Below, one piece after another: positions 10,150 through 21,172 of a stretch of 32,000 bases of DNA. Both the position numbers and the translations under genes were made by a program. The stretch is from positions 4,020,001 through 4,052,000 of the forward strand of contig NZ_LN831039.1 of NCBI RefSeq assembly GCF_001457595.1, in the 5' to 3' direction. The DNA comes from Mycolicibacterium smegmatis. GTDB taxonomy: Bacteria > Actinomycetota > Actinomycetes > Mycobacteriales > Mycobacteriaceae. The notes under the pieces are model-generated. The model was not told the origin of the DNA. It did no database searches and was given only the letters and a program-made list of their open reading frames with translations. Each line of letters begins with the position of its first letter. The stretch's first letter is position 1.

Positions 10150-11277
10150 TCACCGCACCGGCACCACGACGAGGTCGTGCGGCTGGTTGTTGACCGACTG
10201 CGCGCCGTCCTCGGTGACGATCACGATGTCCTCGATGCGCGCACCCCACTGGCCCGGGAAGTACACGCCGGGCTCGACGCTGAACGCCATGCCCCGCTCC
10301 AGCGGCAGGTTGTTGCCGGCCACGATGTAGGGCTCCTCGTGCACCGACAGGCCGATGCCGTGCCCGGTGCGGTGCACGAACGCCTCGGCGAGACCTTCTG
10401 CGGCCAGCACGTCACGCGCAGCGGCGTCGACCTGCTCGGCCGTCACACCCGGGCGCACGGCGGCGACCGCGGCCTGCTGGGCCTGCTGCAGCAGCGCGTA
10501 GCGGCGCGCCACCTCGGGGTCGGGTTCGCCGATGCTGTAGGTGCGGGTGCAGTCCGAGTTGTACCCGGGTTCGTACGGCCCGCCGATGTCGACCACCACG
10601 ATGTCGCCTACCCGCAGTTCACGGTCGGAGCATTCGTGGTGCGGGTCGGCGCCGTTGGGGCCGGAGCCGACGATGATGAACGCGGCCTCCGAATGCCCTT
10701 CGGCGACAATCGCTTCGGCGATGTCGGCGGCGACGTCGGCTTCCGTGCGGCCCGGGACCAGGAACTCCGGGACGCGTGCGTGCACGCGGTCGATCGCGGC
10801 GCCTGCCTTGCGCAGCGCGTCGATCTCGGCGTCGTCCTTGATCATCCGCAGCCGTCGCAGCACGTCGGTGGCCAGCACCGGCACCACGCCGAGCAGGTCG
10901 GCCAGCGGCAGCAGGTGCAGGGCGGGCATGGCATCCGTGACGGCGGCGTTGCGGCCGGGGCCGCCGAGCGCCTCGACCACCATCGCGTACGGATTCTCGC
11001 CGTCCACCCAATCCCGCACGGCCACACCCAGATCGGTGACAGCCGACTCTTTGAGGGAGGCCAGTTCCAGGCGCGGCACCACGATGGTGGGGTCGCCGTC
11101 GGCAGGCAGGACCAGTGCGGTCAGCCGCTCGAAGGTCTGGGCCCGAGAGCCCACCAGATAGCGCAGGTCATAGCCGGGGGTGATGACCAGCCCGGCGAGC
11201 CCCGCATCGCCCGCGGCCTGCGCGGCGGTCTGCAGGCGCTGGGCGTAGACGTCGGTGCTGAATCGGCTGATGGTCAT
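10150..11277 (-). CDS. pepE: M24-family Xaa-Pro peptidase
   Basis: Metallopeptidase ligand motifs VVVDIGG, YNSDCTRTYSIG, HRTGHGIGLSVHEEPYI, FSVEPGVYFPG; close to M. tuberculosis Rv2089c. Confidence 0.93.
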   Translation of the reverse strand: MTISRFSTDVYAQRLQTAAQAAGDAGLAGLVITPGYDLRYLVGSRAQTFERLTALVLPADGDPTIVVPRLELASLKESAVTDLGVAVRDWVDGENPYAMVVEALGGPGRNAAVTDAMPALHLLPLADLLGVVPVLATDVLRRLRMIKDDAEIDALRKAGAAIDRVHARVPEFLVPGRTEADVAADIAEAIVAEGHSEAAFIIVGSGPNGADPHHECSDRELRVGDIVVVDIGGPYEPGYNSDCTRTYSIGEPDPEVARRYALLQQAQQAAVAAVRPGVTAEQVDAAARDVLAAEGLAEAFVHRTGHGIGLSVHEEPYIVAGNNLPLERGMAFSVEPGVYFPGQWGARIEDIVIVTEDGAQSVNNQPHDLVVVPVR

Positions 11278-11287
11278 GACGTCGAGG

Positions 11288-11692
11288 CTAATCGGGCCGC
11301 TGATAGGTTGCGACCTCGACCAGATTGCCGTCGGGATCGCGGCAATAGTGCGAGGTCATGGGCCCCAGCGCGCCGGTCTTGGGCACCGGGCCCTCGGTGA
11401 TCTCGACGCCGCAGACCCGCAGGTGTGCGCCGACGTCCTCCGCGCTGCACTCGGCGATGAAACACAGGTCGAGTGATCCGGGGGCGTCGACGACCCCGGT
11501 GGGCCAGTTGGGCGCGCCGGTGGGCCGCACGTTGATCTTCTGGTCGGCATCACCGGGGAATCGCAGCGCGATGCGGCCGTCGCCGAAGATCTCCTCGGTC
11601 ATGCCCAGCACGCGGACGTAGAAATCAACGGTGGCCTCGACGTCGCGACAGTTCAGCACGACATGGTCGATGCGGTTGACGGCGAAGGTCAT
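11288..11692 (-). CDS. VOC (glyoxalase/bleomycin resistance/dioxygenase) superfamily protein
   Basis: AVNRIDHVVLNCRDVEATVDFYVRVLGM ... CRDPDGNLVEVATY. Confidence 0.88.
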   Translation of the reverse strand: MTFAVNRIDHVVLNCRDVEATVDFYVRVLGMTEEIFGDGRIALRFPGDADQKINVRPTGAPNWPTGVVDAPGSLDLCFIAECSAEDVGAHLRVCGVEITEGPVPKTGALGPMTSHYCRDPDGNLVEVATYQRPD

Positions 11693-11784
11693 GATTCACG
11701 ATACGTGGGACCGCGACTGTCCCTGCCGTGGTGTGTGACATCGACGTCGAGGTAGCCTCACCGGATGCGCTGCCGGAGGTTCGA

Positions 11785-12744
11785 TTGACCGCCCCGATCC
11801 TGCTGCTCGACGGTGCCAGCATGTGGTTCCGTTCGTATTTCGGTGTGCCCTCGTCGATCAAGGCGCCCGACGGCCGGCCCGTCAACGCCGTGCGCGGGTT
11901 CCTCGACGCGATCTCCACACTGGTGACGCGCGAGAAGCCGCGCCGGCTGGTGGTGTGCCGCGACGACGACTGGCGCCCGCAGTGGCGCGTGGATCTGATC
12001 CCGTCGTACAAGGCGCACCGGGTCGCCGAACCGGAGCCCGACGGCGTGCCGGACATCGAGGAGGTTCCCGACGACCTCACGCCGCAGGTCGACATGATCC
12101 TGGAACTGCTTGACGCGTTCGGCATTCCGACCGCGGGCGCGGCGGGTTTCGAGGCCGACGACGTGCTGGGCACGCTCTCGGCCCGCGAGGAACGCGATCC
12201 GGTGGTGGTGGTCAGCGGGGACCGTGACCTGCTTCAGCTCGTGCGTGACGAGCCGGCGCCGCAGGTGCGCGTGCTCTATCTGGGCCGCGGGCTGGCGAAG
12301 GCCACCAAGTGGGGTCCGGCCGAAGTGGCTGAGCAGTACGGGGTTCCGCTCGATCGGGCCGGCACAGCGTATGCCGAACTGGCGCTGCTGCGCGGTGACC
12401 CGTCCGACGGACTGCCCGGGGTGGCCGGGATCGGAGAGAAGACCGCAGCGTCCCTGCTGGCCAAGCACGGCTCGCTGCAGAACATCCTGGACGCGGCGCA
12501 CGACCCGAAATCGGGTCTGTCCAAGGCACATCGCACCAAGCTGCTCGGCGCCGTCGACTACATCGCGGCGGCCGAGACCGTGGTGCGGGTGGCAACCGAT
12601 GCGCCCGTGACGTTTTCGACGCCGACGGACACCCTGCCGCTGGCCGCCGGCGACCCGGCACGGGTCGCCGAACTGGCCGCGGCGTACGGGGTGTCCTCGT
12701 CGATCAGCCGGTTGCAGACCGCACTGGACCAGCTGCCCGACTGA
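11785..12744 (+). CDS. 5'-3' exonuclease (DNA polymerase I N-terminal-like)
   Basis: [18 protein letters not shown] ... [13 protein letters not shown] ... [11 protein letters not shown] ... [25 protein letters not shown]; TTG at 11785 chosen as start (ORF track 11728). Confidence 0.9.
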   Translation: MTAPILLLDGASMWFRSYFGVPSSIKAPDGRPVNAVRGFLDAISTLVTREKPRRLVVCRDDDWRPQWRVDLIPSYKAHRVAEPEPDGVPDIEEVPDDLTPQVDMILELLDAFGIPTAGAAGFEADDVLGTLSAREERDPVVVVSGDRDLLQLVRDEPAPQVRVLYLGRGLAKATKWGPAEVAEQYGVPLDRAGTAYAELALLRGDPSDGLPGVAGIGEKTAASLLAKHGSLQNILDAAHDPKSGLSKAHRTKLLGAVDYIAAAETVVRVATDAPVTFSTPTDTLPLAAGDPARVAELAAAYGVSSSISRLQTALDQLPD

Positions 12745-12750
12745 TCCGGT

Positions 12751-13581
12751 CTACTTCGGCCGGCCGACCTCGTAGGTGCCGTCGTCGTTCTGGAACGTCA
12801 CGGTGACCTGACGCTTGGTGCCGTCGATGCTCACCTCGCAGGTGAAGGTGTCGCCCTTCTTCACCACGGGGTTCTTGCCGCCGTTGCACTTGACGTCCTT
12901 GACGTTCTTGGCGCCGTAGCCGTTGGTCTCGTCGGTGAGGATCTGCTGAACCCCGGTCTGGGCCTTGTCGATATCGAGTTCGGTGGTCACGGCCCATCCG
13001 GGAACCCAGAAGAACAGGACCGCGAGCACGATGAGCACCAGTGCGGCGGCACCGAGGCCACCGAAGAGCAGCAGCGACTTCTTGGACCCGTCAGCGCTTC
13101 CCGGTGGAGTGTAGGGCCCGAACTGACCGGGCTGACCGTACTGACCGGGCTGGCCGGGCTGGCCGGGCTGGCCGTACTGCCCCGGCTGGCCGTACTGCGG
13201 TTGCTGACCGTACTGACCGGGCTGCGGGTACTGGCCCGGCTGACCGTACTGACCCGGCTGGCCCGGCTGGCCGTACTGCCCCGGCTGGCCGTACTGCGGT
13301 TGCTGACCGTACGGCGGCTGCTGGCCGAACTGCTCGGGCGACGGGTAACCCTGTTGCGGCTGACCGTAACCGGGCTGAGCCGGAGGCTGGTACTGCGGAT
13401 ACTGCGGCTGCGGCTGCTGCGTGTAGGCCGGCGGCTGCCACGCCGGATTGTGGGTGGTGGGCTCCTCGGTACCGCCGGTCGGCGGCTGCCACGCCTCGCC
13501 GCCCGCCGGCTGATCCCGGCCGGGCTCGGGTTGCTGACCGGGCCACGGCTGCGCTGGGTCAGATCCCTGCGGTCCGCTCAC
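12751..13581 (-). CDS. Pro/Gln/Gly/Tyr-rich membrane-anchored protein with C-terminal DUF4333-like domain (Rv2091c-like)
   Basis: Low-complexity N-terminus, TM segment [24 protein letters not shown]-terminal [49 protein letters not shown] start at 13581. Confidence 0.85.
   Translation of the reverse strand: MSGPQGSDPAQPWPGQQPEPGRDQPAGGEAWQPPTGGTEEPTTHNPAWQPPAYTQQPQPQYPQYQPPAQPGYGQPQQGYPSPEQFGQQPPYGQQPQYGQPGQYGQPGQPGQYGQPGQYPQPGQYGQQPQYGQPGQYGQPGQPGQPGQYGQPGQFGPYTPPGSADGSKKSLLLFGGLGAAALVLIVLAVLFFWVPGWAVTTELDIDKAQTGVQQILTDETNGYGAKNVKDVKCNGGKNPVVKKGDTFTCEVSIDGTKRQVTVTFQNDDGTYEVGRPK
13096..13414. repeat. Intragenic low-complexity/tandem repeat encoding (GQYGQPGQ)-type units
   Basis: Repeated blocks of ctgaccgggctgaccgtactg / gccgtactgcccggctggcc; protein [59 protein letters not shown]. 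Boundaries approximate. Confidence 0.85.
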
Positions 13582-13622
13582 TTTTTCTCCTTGGTCCTGT
13601 TCGCTGTCACCGTTGCCACACA

Positions 13623-16367
13623 CTACCCCGCATCAACAGCGACGACGCCGCGCCGGACGTCGTTGATCGCGCGTTTCGCGGTATTGCGCAGCGCCGGGGT
13701 GGGGGCCGCGTTGCGCACCTGGTCGAGCAGATCGAGCACCTGACGGCACCACCGCACGAAATCCCCTGCCGACAGCGGAGAACCGGTCCCGGTGATGTCG
13801 GACGCGGCGAGGGCCGACGCGAGATCGCCCGTGGTGGCCCAGCGGTACACCGCCGTCACGAACCCCTCGTCGGGTTCACGGCCGGGCGCGATGCGGTGCC
13901 GCTGCTCGTCGCTGCGCAGCGCGGCCGACAGCCGCCGGGTGCGTACCAGCGCCTGCCGCAGCCCCGCGGTGGGCACGTCCGTTCCTGCCGGGACACCCTG
14001 CGCGTCGCCGCGGGACTCGTACAGCACGGCCGAGAGTACACCCGCGAGTTCGGCGGGTTCCAGCCCGTCCCACGCCCCGGCCCGCAGGCATTCGGCCACC
14101 AGCAGGTCGCTTTCGCTGTAGATGCGCGCCAGCAACCGGCCCGCGTCGGTGACCCGCGGTTGGCCCGCATGGTCCCCGTCGCCGGCCTCGATGTAGCCGC
14201 GTTCGCTGAGCAGCGCCACGATGCGGTCGAACGTGCGGGCCAGCGAGTTGGTCGCCGCGTTGACCTTCTGCTGGATCTGGAGGTTGTCGCGTTCGATCCG
14301 CAGATAGCGTTCGGCGATACGCACCTGCTCCTCGCGGTCGGGCAGTTTGTGGACCGGATGGCTGCGCAGACGCTCACGCAGACCGGCCAGTTCCGGATCG
14401 ACGTCACGTTCGGGTGCACCGCGGTTCGACCGGCGCGACGGCACCAGGCCCGCGGCCGCCGACCGCAACGCCGACGCCAGATCCTTGCGCACCCGGGGCT
14501 GGCGGTGCTCGACGCGTTTCGGCAGTGACATCGAGCCCAGCGGCGCCGACGCGCCCGAATAGTCGGCCGACGAGATCCGGCCCGCCCATTTGTGTTCGGT
14601 GAGCACCAGCGGCCTGGGGTCGTCGCGGTCCTGCGCGGCCTCCAGGACGACAGCGAGCCCACCCCGGCGCCCGTGCGTGATGGTGATGATGTCGCCCTTG
14701 CGCAGATCCGCCAGCGCGTCGGTCGCCGCCCTGCGCCGCTGCAGCCGCGACGCCCGCGACTGCGCGCGTTCGCGCTCGCCGATCTTGGCGCGCAGACGTG
14801 CGTAATCGATGACCGCCGAGTCCTTTCCGCCGATCTCGGCGGCCAGTTCGCCGAGCATGCGCTCGCCGCGGCGGATACCCCGCACCAGACCGACCACCGA
14901 ACGGTCGGCCTGGTACTGCGCGAACGAGCGCTCCAGGAGTTCGTGCGCCTGCTGCGGTCCCATGTGCTGCACCAGGTTGATCGTCATGTTGTACGACGGC
15001 GCGAACGAACTGCGCAGTGGGAACGTGCGGGTGGACGCCAACCCCGCGACCTCGGCGGGTTCGGCCGTGCTGTCGTCGGGACGCCACAGCACGACGGCGT
15101 GGCCCTCCACGTCGATACCGCGGCGCCCGGCCCGCCCGGTCAACTGCGTGTACTCCCCCGGCGTCAACGGCAGATGCTGCTCGCCGTTGAACTTCACCAG
15201 GCGCTCCAGCACGACGGTCCGTGCGGGCATGTTGATCCCGAGCGCCAGTGTCTCGGTGGCGAAGACCGCCTTGACCAGCCCGGCGGTGAACAGTTCCTCG
15301 ACGGTGTGGCGGAACGTCGGCAGCATGCCGGCGTGGTGGGCGGCCAGGCCGCGCAGCAGTCCCTCACGCCACTCGTGGTAGTCGAGCACGATCAGGTCGG
15401 ACTCGTTGAGATCGGAGCAGCGGCGGTCCACGATCTCGGCGATGCGGGCGCGCTCCTCTCTGGTGGTCAGCCGCAACGACGACCGAAGGCACTGCTTGAC
15501 CGCGGCGTCGCATCCGGCGCGCGAGAACACGAACGTGATGGCAGGCAGCAGACCCGCGTCGTCGAGCGCGGTGATCACCTCGGGGCGGCCCGGCGGCCGG
15601 TAGAACTGGGGCCTGCCGCCGCGCCCGCGACCGCGTGGCTGCCAGTCCATCAGCCGGTCGGCCTCGCGGCGATGACTGATGTGGCGCAACAACTCTGGGT
15701 CGACGAGCGTCGACGACGAACGTTCGAACAGGTCGAACAGGCGCTTGCCGACCATCATGTGCTGCGACAGCGGCACCGGCCGGTGTTCGTCCACCACCAC
15801 CGTGGTGTCGCCGCGCACCGTCTGGATCCAGCCGCCGAACTCCTCGGCATTGCTCACCGTGGCCGACAGGCTCACCAGCAGCACCTCGTCGGGCAGGTGC
15901 AGGATGACCTCTTCCCACACCGCCCCGCGCATGCGGTCGGCCAGGAAGTGCACCTCGTCCATCACCACGTAGGAAAGCCCATGCAGTGCCTGCGAGTTGG
16001 CGTACAGCATGTTGCGCAGCACCTCGGTGGTCATCACCACCACGTCGGCATCGCCGTTGATGGACTGGTCGCCCGTGAGCAGCCCGATCTTCTCGGCGCC
16101 GTACCGGGCCACCAGATCGTTGTGTTTCTGGTTGCTCAGCGCCTTGATCGGGGTGGTGTAGAAGCATTTGCCACCCGATGCGAGCGCGAGGTGCACAGCG
16201 AACTCGCCGACGATGGTCTTGCCCGCGCCGGTCGGCGCGCAGACCAGCACGCCGTGGCCGTTCTCCAACGCCTGGCAGGCACGCACCTGGAAGTCGTCGA
16301 GGGTGAACGGCAGCTGCGCGGTGAACGCGGTCAGCTGATCAGGGCGGCCCTCAGGTGGCATCTTCAT
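13623..16367 (-). CDS. helY: DEAD/DEAH-box (Ski2-like) RNA helicase
   Basis: Walker [47 protein letters not shown]; strong resemblance to M. tuberculosis HelY. Confidence 0.96.
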   Translation of the reverse strand: MKMPPEGRPDQLTAFTAQLPFTLDDFQVRACQALENGHGVLVCAPTGAGKTIVGEFAVHLALASGGKCFYTTPIKALSNQKHNDLVARYGAEKIGLLTGDQSINGDADVVVMTTEVLRNMLYANSQALHGLSYVVMDEVHFLADRMRGAVWEEVILHLPDEVLLVSLSATVSNAEEFGGWIQTVRGDTTVVVDEHRPVPLSQHMMVGKRLFDLFERSSSTLVDPELLRHISHRREADRLMDWQPRGRGRGGRPQFYRPPGRPEVITALDDAGLLPAITFVFSRAGCDAAVKQCLRSSLRLTTREERARIAEIVDRRCSDLNESDLIVLDYHEWREGLLRGLAAHHAGMLPTFRHTVEELFTAGLVKAVFATETLALGINMPARTVVLERLVKFNGEQHLPLTPGEYTQLTGRAGRRGIDVEGHAVVLWRPDDSTAEPAEVAGLASTRTFPLRSSFAPSYNMTINLVQHMGPQQAHELLERSFAQYQADRSVVGLVRGIRRGERMLGELAAEIGGKDSAVIDYARLRAKIGERERAQSRASRLQRRRAATDALADLRKGDIITITHGRRGGLAVVLEAAQDRDDPRPLVLTEHKWAGRISSADYSGASAPLGSMSLPKRVEHRQPRVRKDLASALRSAAAGLVPSRRSNRGAPERDVDPELAGLRERLRSHPVHKLPDREEQVRIAERYLRIERDNLQIQQKVNAATNSLARTFDRIVALLSERGYIEAGDGDHAGQPRVTDAGRLLARIYSESDLLVAECLRAGAWDGLEPAELAGVLSAVLYESRGDAQGVPAGTDVPTAGLRQALVRTRRLSAALRSDEQRHRIAPGREPDEGFVTAVYRWATTGDLASALAASDITGTGSPLSAGDFVRWCRQVLDLLDQVRNAAPTPALRNTAKRAINDVRRGVVAVDAG

Positions 16368-17304
16368 CGACCGTGGCGCGCCCCGCCGTCGTACCGGACA
16401 CCGGGGCCGGCGGCTCGATCGGTTCCACCGAGCCGATGTCGGCGGCCTCGTCCTCGGGCACCTCCATGGCCGCGCGGCGGGCCTTCCTGCGGTCGTTGAG
16501 CCGCGCGATCTGGATCGCGAACTCCAGCAGCACCGTCAGCGCGCACGCCAGCGCGAGCATCGAGAACGGATCGGAGCCGGGCGTGGCGAACGCCGCGAAC
16601 ACGAACAAGCCGAAGATCAGCCCACGCCGCCAGGCTGAGAGCCGTTCGTAGGTCAGGATGCCGACCAGGTTGAGCATGATGATCAGCAGCGGGAATTCGA
16701 AGCTGATCCCGAACACCAGCAGCAGGTTGATCAGGAACCCGAAGTACTGGTCGCCCGACAGCGCGGTGACCTGCACGTCGCTGCCGACGGTCAGCAGGAA
16801 GCTCAACGCCTTCGACAGCACCACGTAGGCCAGCACCGCACCGGAGATGAACAGCATCGCGCCGAAGCTCACGAACGCCATCGCGAAGCGGCGTTCCTTC
16901 TTGTAGAGGCCGGGCGTGATGAACGCCCACAGCTGGTACAGCCACACCGGGCACGCGAGCACCACACCGGCCGCGAGCGCGACCTTCAACCGCAGCATGA
17001 ACTGGTCGAACGGCGCGGTGGCGAGCAGGCGGCACTCACCGTCGGGGGCGATGCTCGCGCGCGCGGAGTCGGGCAGCGAGCAGTAGGGGCCGCGCAACCA
17101 CTCGCCGAGGCTGTGGAAGCCGAAGACTCCGTGGGTGTACCAGATGAATCCGATGATCGTGGTCAGCACGACGGCCGCGACCGAGATCAGCAGGCGGTTG
17201 CGAAGCTCGTGGAGGTGGTCGACCAGCGACATGGTGCCGTCGGGATTGACCCGTGAACGGCGGCGCCGGGGATCGAGCTTCTTGAAGATGCCGGGGGTCT
17301 GCAC
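16351..17304 (-). CDS. tatC: Sec-independent protein translocase TatC
   Basis: [23 protein letters not shown] ... [42 protein letters not shown] ... [11 protein letters not shown]; multiple TM segments. Confidence 0.96.
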   Translation of the reverse strand: MQTPGIFKKLDPRRRRSRVNPDGTMSLVDHLHELRNRLLISVAAVVLTTIIGFIWYTHGVFGFHSLGEWLRGPYCSLPDSARASIAPDGECRLLATAPFDQFMLRLKVALAAGVVLACPVWLYQLWAFITPGLYKKERRFAMAFVSFGAMLFISGAVLAYVVLSKALSFLLTVGSDVQVTALSGDQYFGFLINLLLVFGISFEFPLLIIMLNLVGILTYERLSAWRRGLIFGLFVFAAFATPGSDPFSMLALACALTVLLEFAIQIARLNDRRKARRAAMEVPEDEAADIGSVEPIEPPAPVSGTTAGRATVDEDAT

Positions 17305-17380
17305 AGGCTTGGTGTGAAAGGCGTGAGCGAGCCGCTATCCGCCCGCGCGGATCACCGCGGGGCGGATTCGTCGGCCGCGA

Positions 17381-17626
17381 TCAGGCCGTGTGCCGGTCCG
17401 TGGACTGTTGCTCGGGTGCAGTCGTGTCGACGCGCTCGGAGGCAATCGGGGTGGCCGGCTTGGGCTCGTCCCCTTTGGACTCGGCTTGCATCTCCTTGAT
17501 CTCCGACTTGAAGATCCGCATCGACTTACCGAGCGAACGCGCGGCGTCCGGCAGCTTCTTCGCGCCGAACAGCAGTACGAACACTGCGATGACAATGACC
17601 CAGTGCCAGGGTTGTAGACCACCCAA
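17381..17626 (-). CDS. tatA: Twin-arginine translocase TatA
   Basis: (M)[42 protein letters not shown]; TTG start at 17626 preceded by GGAGG. The ORF-track start at 17833 runs into pafC. Confidence 0.93.
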   Translation of the reverse strand: MGGLQPWHWVIVIAVFVLLFGAKKLPDAARSLGKSMRIFKSEIKEMQAESKGDEPKPATPIASERVDTTAPEQQSTDRHTA

Positions 17627-17657
17627 TTTGGTTACCTCCAGAACGTCGGTGCTGAGT

Positions 17658-18653
17658 CTACCCGTGTGTGGCGGCTTCGTCGGCCCCGTCGGCTTCGTCA
17701 TACGCAACGGCATAGGCCTGCAACGCGGCTTCGGCGGCCTGCCGGACCCGGGTCGCCAGGGATTCGGGTGCCAGCACCTGCACTTCGGCGCCGAAACCGA
17801 GGATGAACCGCGCCATCCAGTCCTCCGACGCATACGTCATCGTCGCCTCACAGGATCCGTCCGGCCGCTCGGTGATGTCGCGCAGCGGGTAGTAGTCGAA
17901 CATCCACGCCGCGGCCGCGCCGATGAGAAGCGTGGCCGACGGCAGTGACGGGTCGGCATCGAACAACGACGTGTCGGGGCCTGCCGCCACCGCGGGCGGC
18001 GGCGGGGCCGCGGGATCGTCGAGCAGTTGGGCGTCGACGATGCGGTCGAAACGGAACAGTCGCACGGCCTCGGCGCTGCGGCACCACGCCTCCAGGTAGC
18101 TGTTGTCGCCCACGAGCACCACCCGGATCGGGTCGACGGTGCGGGTGGCCAGCGAATCGCGCGAGGCCGAGTAGTACTCCAGGGTCAGCGCCCGGTTCTC
18201 GCGCACGGCCGTGCGCACCGTCGCGGCCGCGCCGGGCTCGGCGGAGGTGTCCTCGGTGATGCCCTCGACGACGGCGCGCTGGCTGCCGACCGCGGATTCG
18301 ATCTTGGCGATCGCGCTGCGCGCCGCCTCGGGGTCGACCATGCCGGGCACGTCGACCAGCGCGCGCAGCGCCACGAGGATGCCGGTCGCCTCGGTCGAGG
18401 TCAGCCGCAGCGGATGATCCACGCCTGCGGAGAACGTCACCTCGATGGTGTCGCCGACGAAGTCGAAGTCGATGAGGTCGCCGGGGCTGTAGCCGGGCAG
18501 TCCGCACATCCACAGCTGGTCGAGGTCGGCGTCGAGTTGCTTGCCCGTCACGCCGAGGGCCGCAGCCGCCTCGGCGCGCGTGACCTTCGGGTTGGCCTGG
18601 AAGTACGGGACCATGTTCAACAGCCGCACCAGTCGCGTCGACACCTGACTCAT
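17658..18653 (-). CDS. pafC: WYL-domain transcriptional regulator PafC
   Basis: [43 protein letters not shown] wHTH plus WYL-type domain; adjacent to pafB with a 4-bp overlap. Confidence 0.94.
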   Translation of the reverse strand: MSQVSTRLVRLLNMVPYFQANPKVTRAEAAAALGVTGKQLDADLDQLWMCGLPGYSPGDLIDFDFVGDTIEVTFSAGVDHPLRLTSTEATGILVALRALVDVPGMVDPEAARSAIAKIESAVGSQRAVVEGITEDTSAEPGAAATVRTAVRENRALTLEYYSASRDSLATRTVDPIRVVLVGDNSYLEAWCRSAEAVRLFRFDRIVDAQLLDDPAAPPPPAVAAGPDTSLFDADPSLPSATLLIGAAAAWMFDYYPLRDITERPDGSCEATMTYASEDWMARFILGFGAEVQVLAPESLATRVRQAAEAALQAYAVAYDEADGADEAATHG

Positions 18654-19645
18654 CGTTCCCCTCCCGCGGCGTGTGCCCGCAGGCGCTCCACCACGTCATC
18701 GCGCAACGACGACGGTTCCAGCGCGACCGCGTCGCTGCCGTAGCTCGCGATCTCCCTGGCCAGCCGGTCCCACGTGCCGATGTCGACGGTGATCTCCTCC
18801 CCCGCGCGTCCGCCGATTGTCCGCGGTGTGCTGGTCACGGCCTGGCGTCGCAGCGCGGTCGCCCGGCCGCCGGCGATCCAGATCCGAGCCCGCTCACCCG
18901 TGGGCTGTTCGGCGACGGCGCGGCGCACGATGTCGCGCAGGTTGACGTCCTGGGGTTTCTGCACTGCCCCTGCCGGGCCGATCGGCCGGGCCGCGGCGCT
19001 GATGCGTGACAGCCGGAAGGTTCTGGTGTCGTTGCGGTCGCGGTCGTGGCCGACGAGGTACCAGCGGCCGCGATGGGTCACCACGCCCCACGGTTCGACC
19101 GTGCGGGTGGTGTAGTCGGCGCTGCGCGACGGCCGGTGCTCGAACTGCACGGCCCGTCCCTCGTCGATCGCCGACAGCAGGCTCTGCAGCACCTCCTCGG
19201 AGCCGCGAACCCCCGGCAGGGTCGCGGTCGAGGCGATCGCGACGCCCACCCCGTCGGCGTCCACGTCGACTCCCGCGGCGCGCAATTTCAGCACGGCGTT
19301 CTGTGTCGCGGTGACGAGTTCCGGGGACTGCCACAGCTGGGTCGCCACGGCCACCGCGGCCGCTTCGTCGGCCGTCAGCCCGATGGGCGGCAGCGCGTAG
19401 GAATCCCGGTTGATGCGGTAGCCCTCGGTGGAGTCCCACTTGGACACCCGGCCGGTTTCCAGCGGGATGCCGAGATCGCGCAACTCGTTCTTGTCCCGCT
19501 CGAACATCCGCGAGAACGCCTCGTCACTGGGGCTGTCGGCGTAGCCGGCAACCGTGGTGCGGATCTTCTCTGCGGGCAGGTAGGTCCTGGTGGACAACAA
19601 GGCGATGACAAGGTTCATCAACCGCTCGACTTTGGAGACCGCCAC
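18650..19645 (-). CDS. pafB: WYL-domain transcriptional regulator PafB
   Basis: SKVERLMNLVIALLSTRTYLPAEKIR ... FERDKNELRDLGIPLE ... RTVEPWGVVTHRGRWYLVGHDRDRNDTRTFRLSRI; GTG start. Confidence 0.95.
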   Translation of the reverse strand: MAVSKVERLMNLVIALLSTRTYLPAEKIRTTVAGYADSPSDEAFSRMFERDKNELRDLGIPLETGRVSKWDSTEGYRINRDSYALPPIGLTADEAAAVAVATQLWQSPELVTATQNAVLKLRAAGVDVDADGVGVAIASTATLPGVRGSEEVLQSLLSAIDEGRAVQFEHRPSRSADYTTRTVEPWGVVTHRGRWYLVGHDRDRNDTRTFRLSRISAAARPIGPAGAVQKPQDVNLRDIVRRAVAEQPTGERARIWIAGGRATALRRQAVTSTPRTIGGRAGEEITVDIGTWDRLAREIASYGSDAVALEPSSLRDDVVERLRAHAAGGER

Positions 19646-19661
19646 CGGGTCAGCTTAAGGC

Positions 19662-21020
19662 TCACATACTGGCGATCAGCCGCTTGACTCGCTCGTCGAC
19701 CGACCGGAATGGATCTTTGCAGAGCACGGTGCGCTGAGCCTGGTCGTTCAGCTTGAGGTGCACCCAGTCGACGGTGAAGTCGCGGCCTGCTTCCTGTGCG
19801 GCGCTGATGAACTCGCCGCGCAGTTTGGCGCGCGTGGTCTGCGGCGGTGTGGTGACCGCTGCGTCGATCTCCTCGTCGGTGGTGATACGCGCGGCCAGAC
19901 CCTTGCGCTGGAGCAGGTCGAACACGCCGCGGCCCCGCTTGATGTCGTGGTAGGCCAGGTCGAGCTGGCTGATCTTCGGGTCGGACAGCTCCATGTTGTA
20001 GCGGTCCTGGTAGCGCTGGAACAGCTTGCGCTTGATCACCCAGTCGATCTCGGTGTCGACCTTCGCGAAGTCCTGGCTCTCCACCGCGTCGAGCTGGCGG
20101 CCCCACAGGTCGACGACCTGCTCGATCTGCGTGTTGGGCTCGCGGGATTGCAGGTACTCGACGGCGCGGCTGTAGTACTCGCGCTGGATGTCCAGGGCAC
20201 TGGCCTGCCTGCCGCCTGCCAGCCGCACCGGGCGCCGCCCGGTGAGATCGTGGCTGACCTCGCGGATCGCGCGGATCGGGTTGTCCAGCGAGAAGTCGCG
20301 GAACGGCACGCCCGCCTCGATCATCTCCAGCACCAGCGAGGCCGTGCCCACCTTGAGCATCGTGGTGGCCTCGCACATGTTGGAGTCACCGACGATGACG
20401 TGCAGGCGCCGGTACTTCTCGGCATCGGCATGCGGTTCGTCGCGCGTGTTGATGATGGGGCGTGACCGGGTGGTCGCCGAGGAGACGCCCTCCCAGATGT
20501 GTTCGGCGCGCTGGCTCAGGCAGAACGTCGCGGCTTTCGGCGTCTGCAGCACCTTGCCTGCGCCGCAGATCAGCTGGCGCGTCACCAGGAACGGCAGCAG
20601 CACGTCGGAGATCCGGGAGAACTCACCCGCCCGCACGATCAGATAGTTCTCGTGGCAGCCGTAGGAGTTGCCCGCCGAGTCGGTGTTGTTCTTGAACAGG
20701 TAGATGTCGCCGCCGATGCCCTCGTCGGCCAGGCGCTGCTCGGCGTCGATCAGCAGGTCTTCGAGAACGCGCTCGCCGGCACGGTCGTGCGTCACCAGCT
20801 GTATCAGGTTGTCGCATTCCGCGGTCGCGTACTCGGGGTGGCTGCCCACGTCGAGATACAATCGGGCGCCGTTGCGGAGGAAGACGTTGGAACTGCGGCC
20901 CCACGACACGACCCGCCGGAACAGATAGCGGGCAACCTCGTCGGGACTGAGCCGGCGATGGCCATGGAACGTGCAGGTCACACCGAATTCAGTCTCGATG
21001 CCCATGATTCGTCGCTGCAC
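19662..21020 (-). CDS. pafA: Pup-protein ligase PafA
   Basis: (V/M)[71 protein letters not shown] at 21020 gives the expected 452 aa product. Confidence 0.97.
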   Translation of the reverse strand: MQRRIMGIETEFGVTCTFHGHRRLSPDEVARYLFRRVVSWGRSSNVFLRNGARLYLDVGSHPEYATAECDNLIQLVTHDRAGERVLEDLLIDAEQRLADEGIGGDIYLFKNNTDSAGNSYGCHENYLIVRAGEFSRISDVLLPFLVTRQLICGAGKVLQTPKAATFCLSQRAEHIWEGVSSATTRSRPIINTRDEPHADAEKYRRLHVIVGDSNMCEATTMLKVGTASLVLEMIEAGVPFRDFSLDNPIRAIREVSHDLTGRRPVRLAGGRQASALDIQREYYSRAVEYLQSREPNTQIEQVVDLWGRQLDAVESQDFAKVDTEIDWVIKRKLFQRYQDRYNMELSDPKISQLDLAYHDIKRGRGVFDLLQRKGLAARITTDEEIDAAVTTPPQTTRAKLRGEFISAAQEAGRDFTVDWVHLKLNDQAQRTVLCKDPFRSVDERVKRLIASM

Positions 21021-21172
21021 AACATCGAGCTTACGGGTTGCTGCACGGTATCGGTGGGCAAGCAGAACTTTGCGCGCGCCATATCCGGCCGATTCGGCGC
21101 CGTATCCCCCTCTGCGCGGGGGCGATCCGCGAACCCGGCACATCGATCCGGCAACCGGATGAGAATTGACCG

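Noticed and set aside
13041-16499. Long + strand ORFs 13041..14528 (495 aa) and 14592..16499 (635 aa)
   Set aside because: Antisense shadows of the DUF4333-like gene and helY in high-GC DNA; Arg/Ala/Gly/His-rich composition with no recognisable domain.
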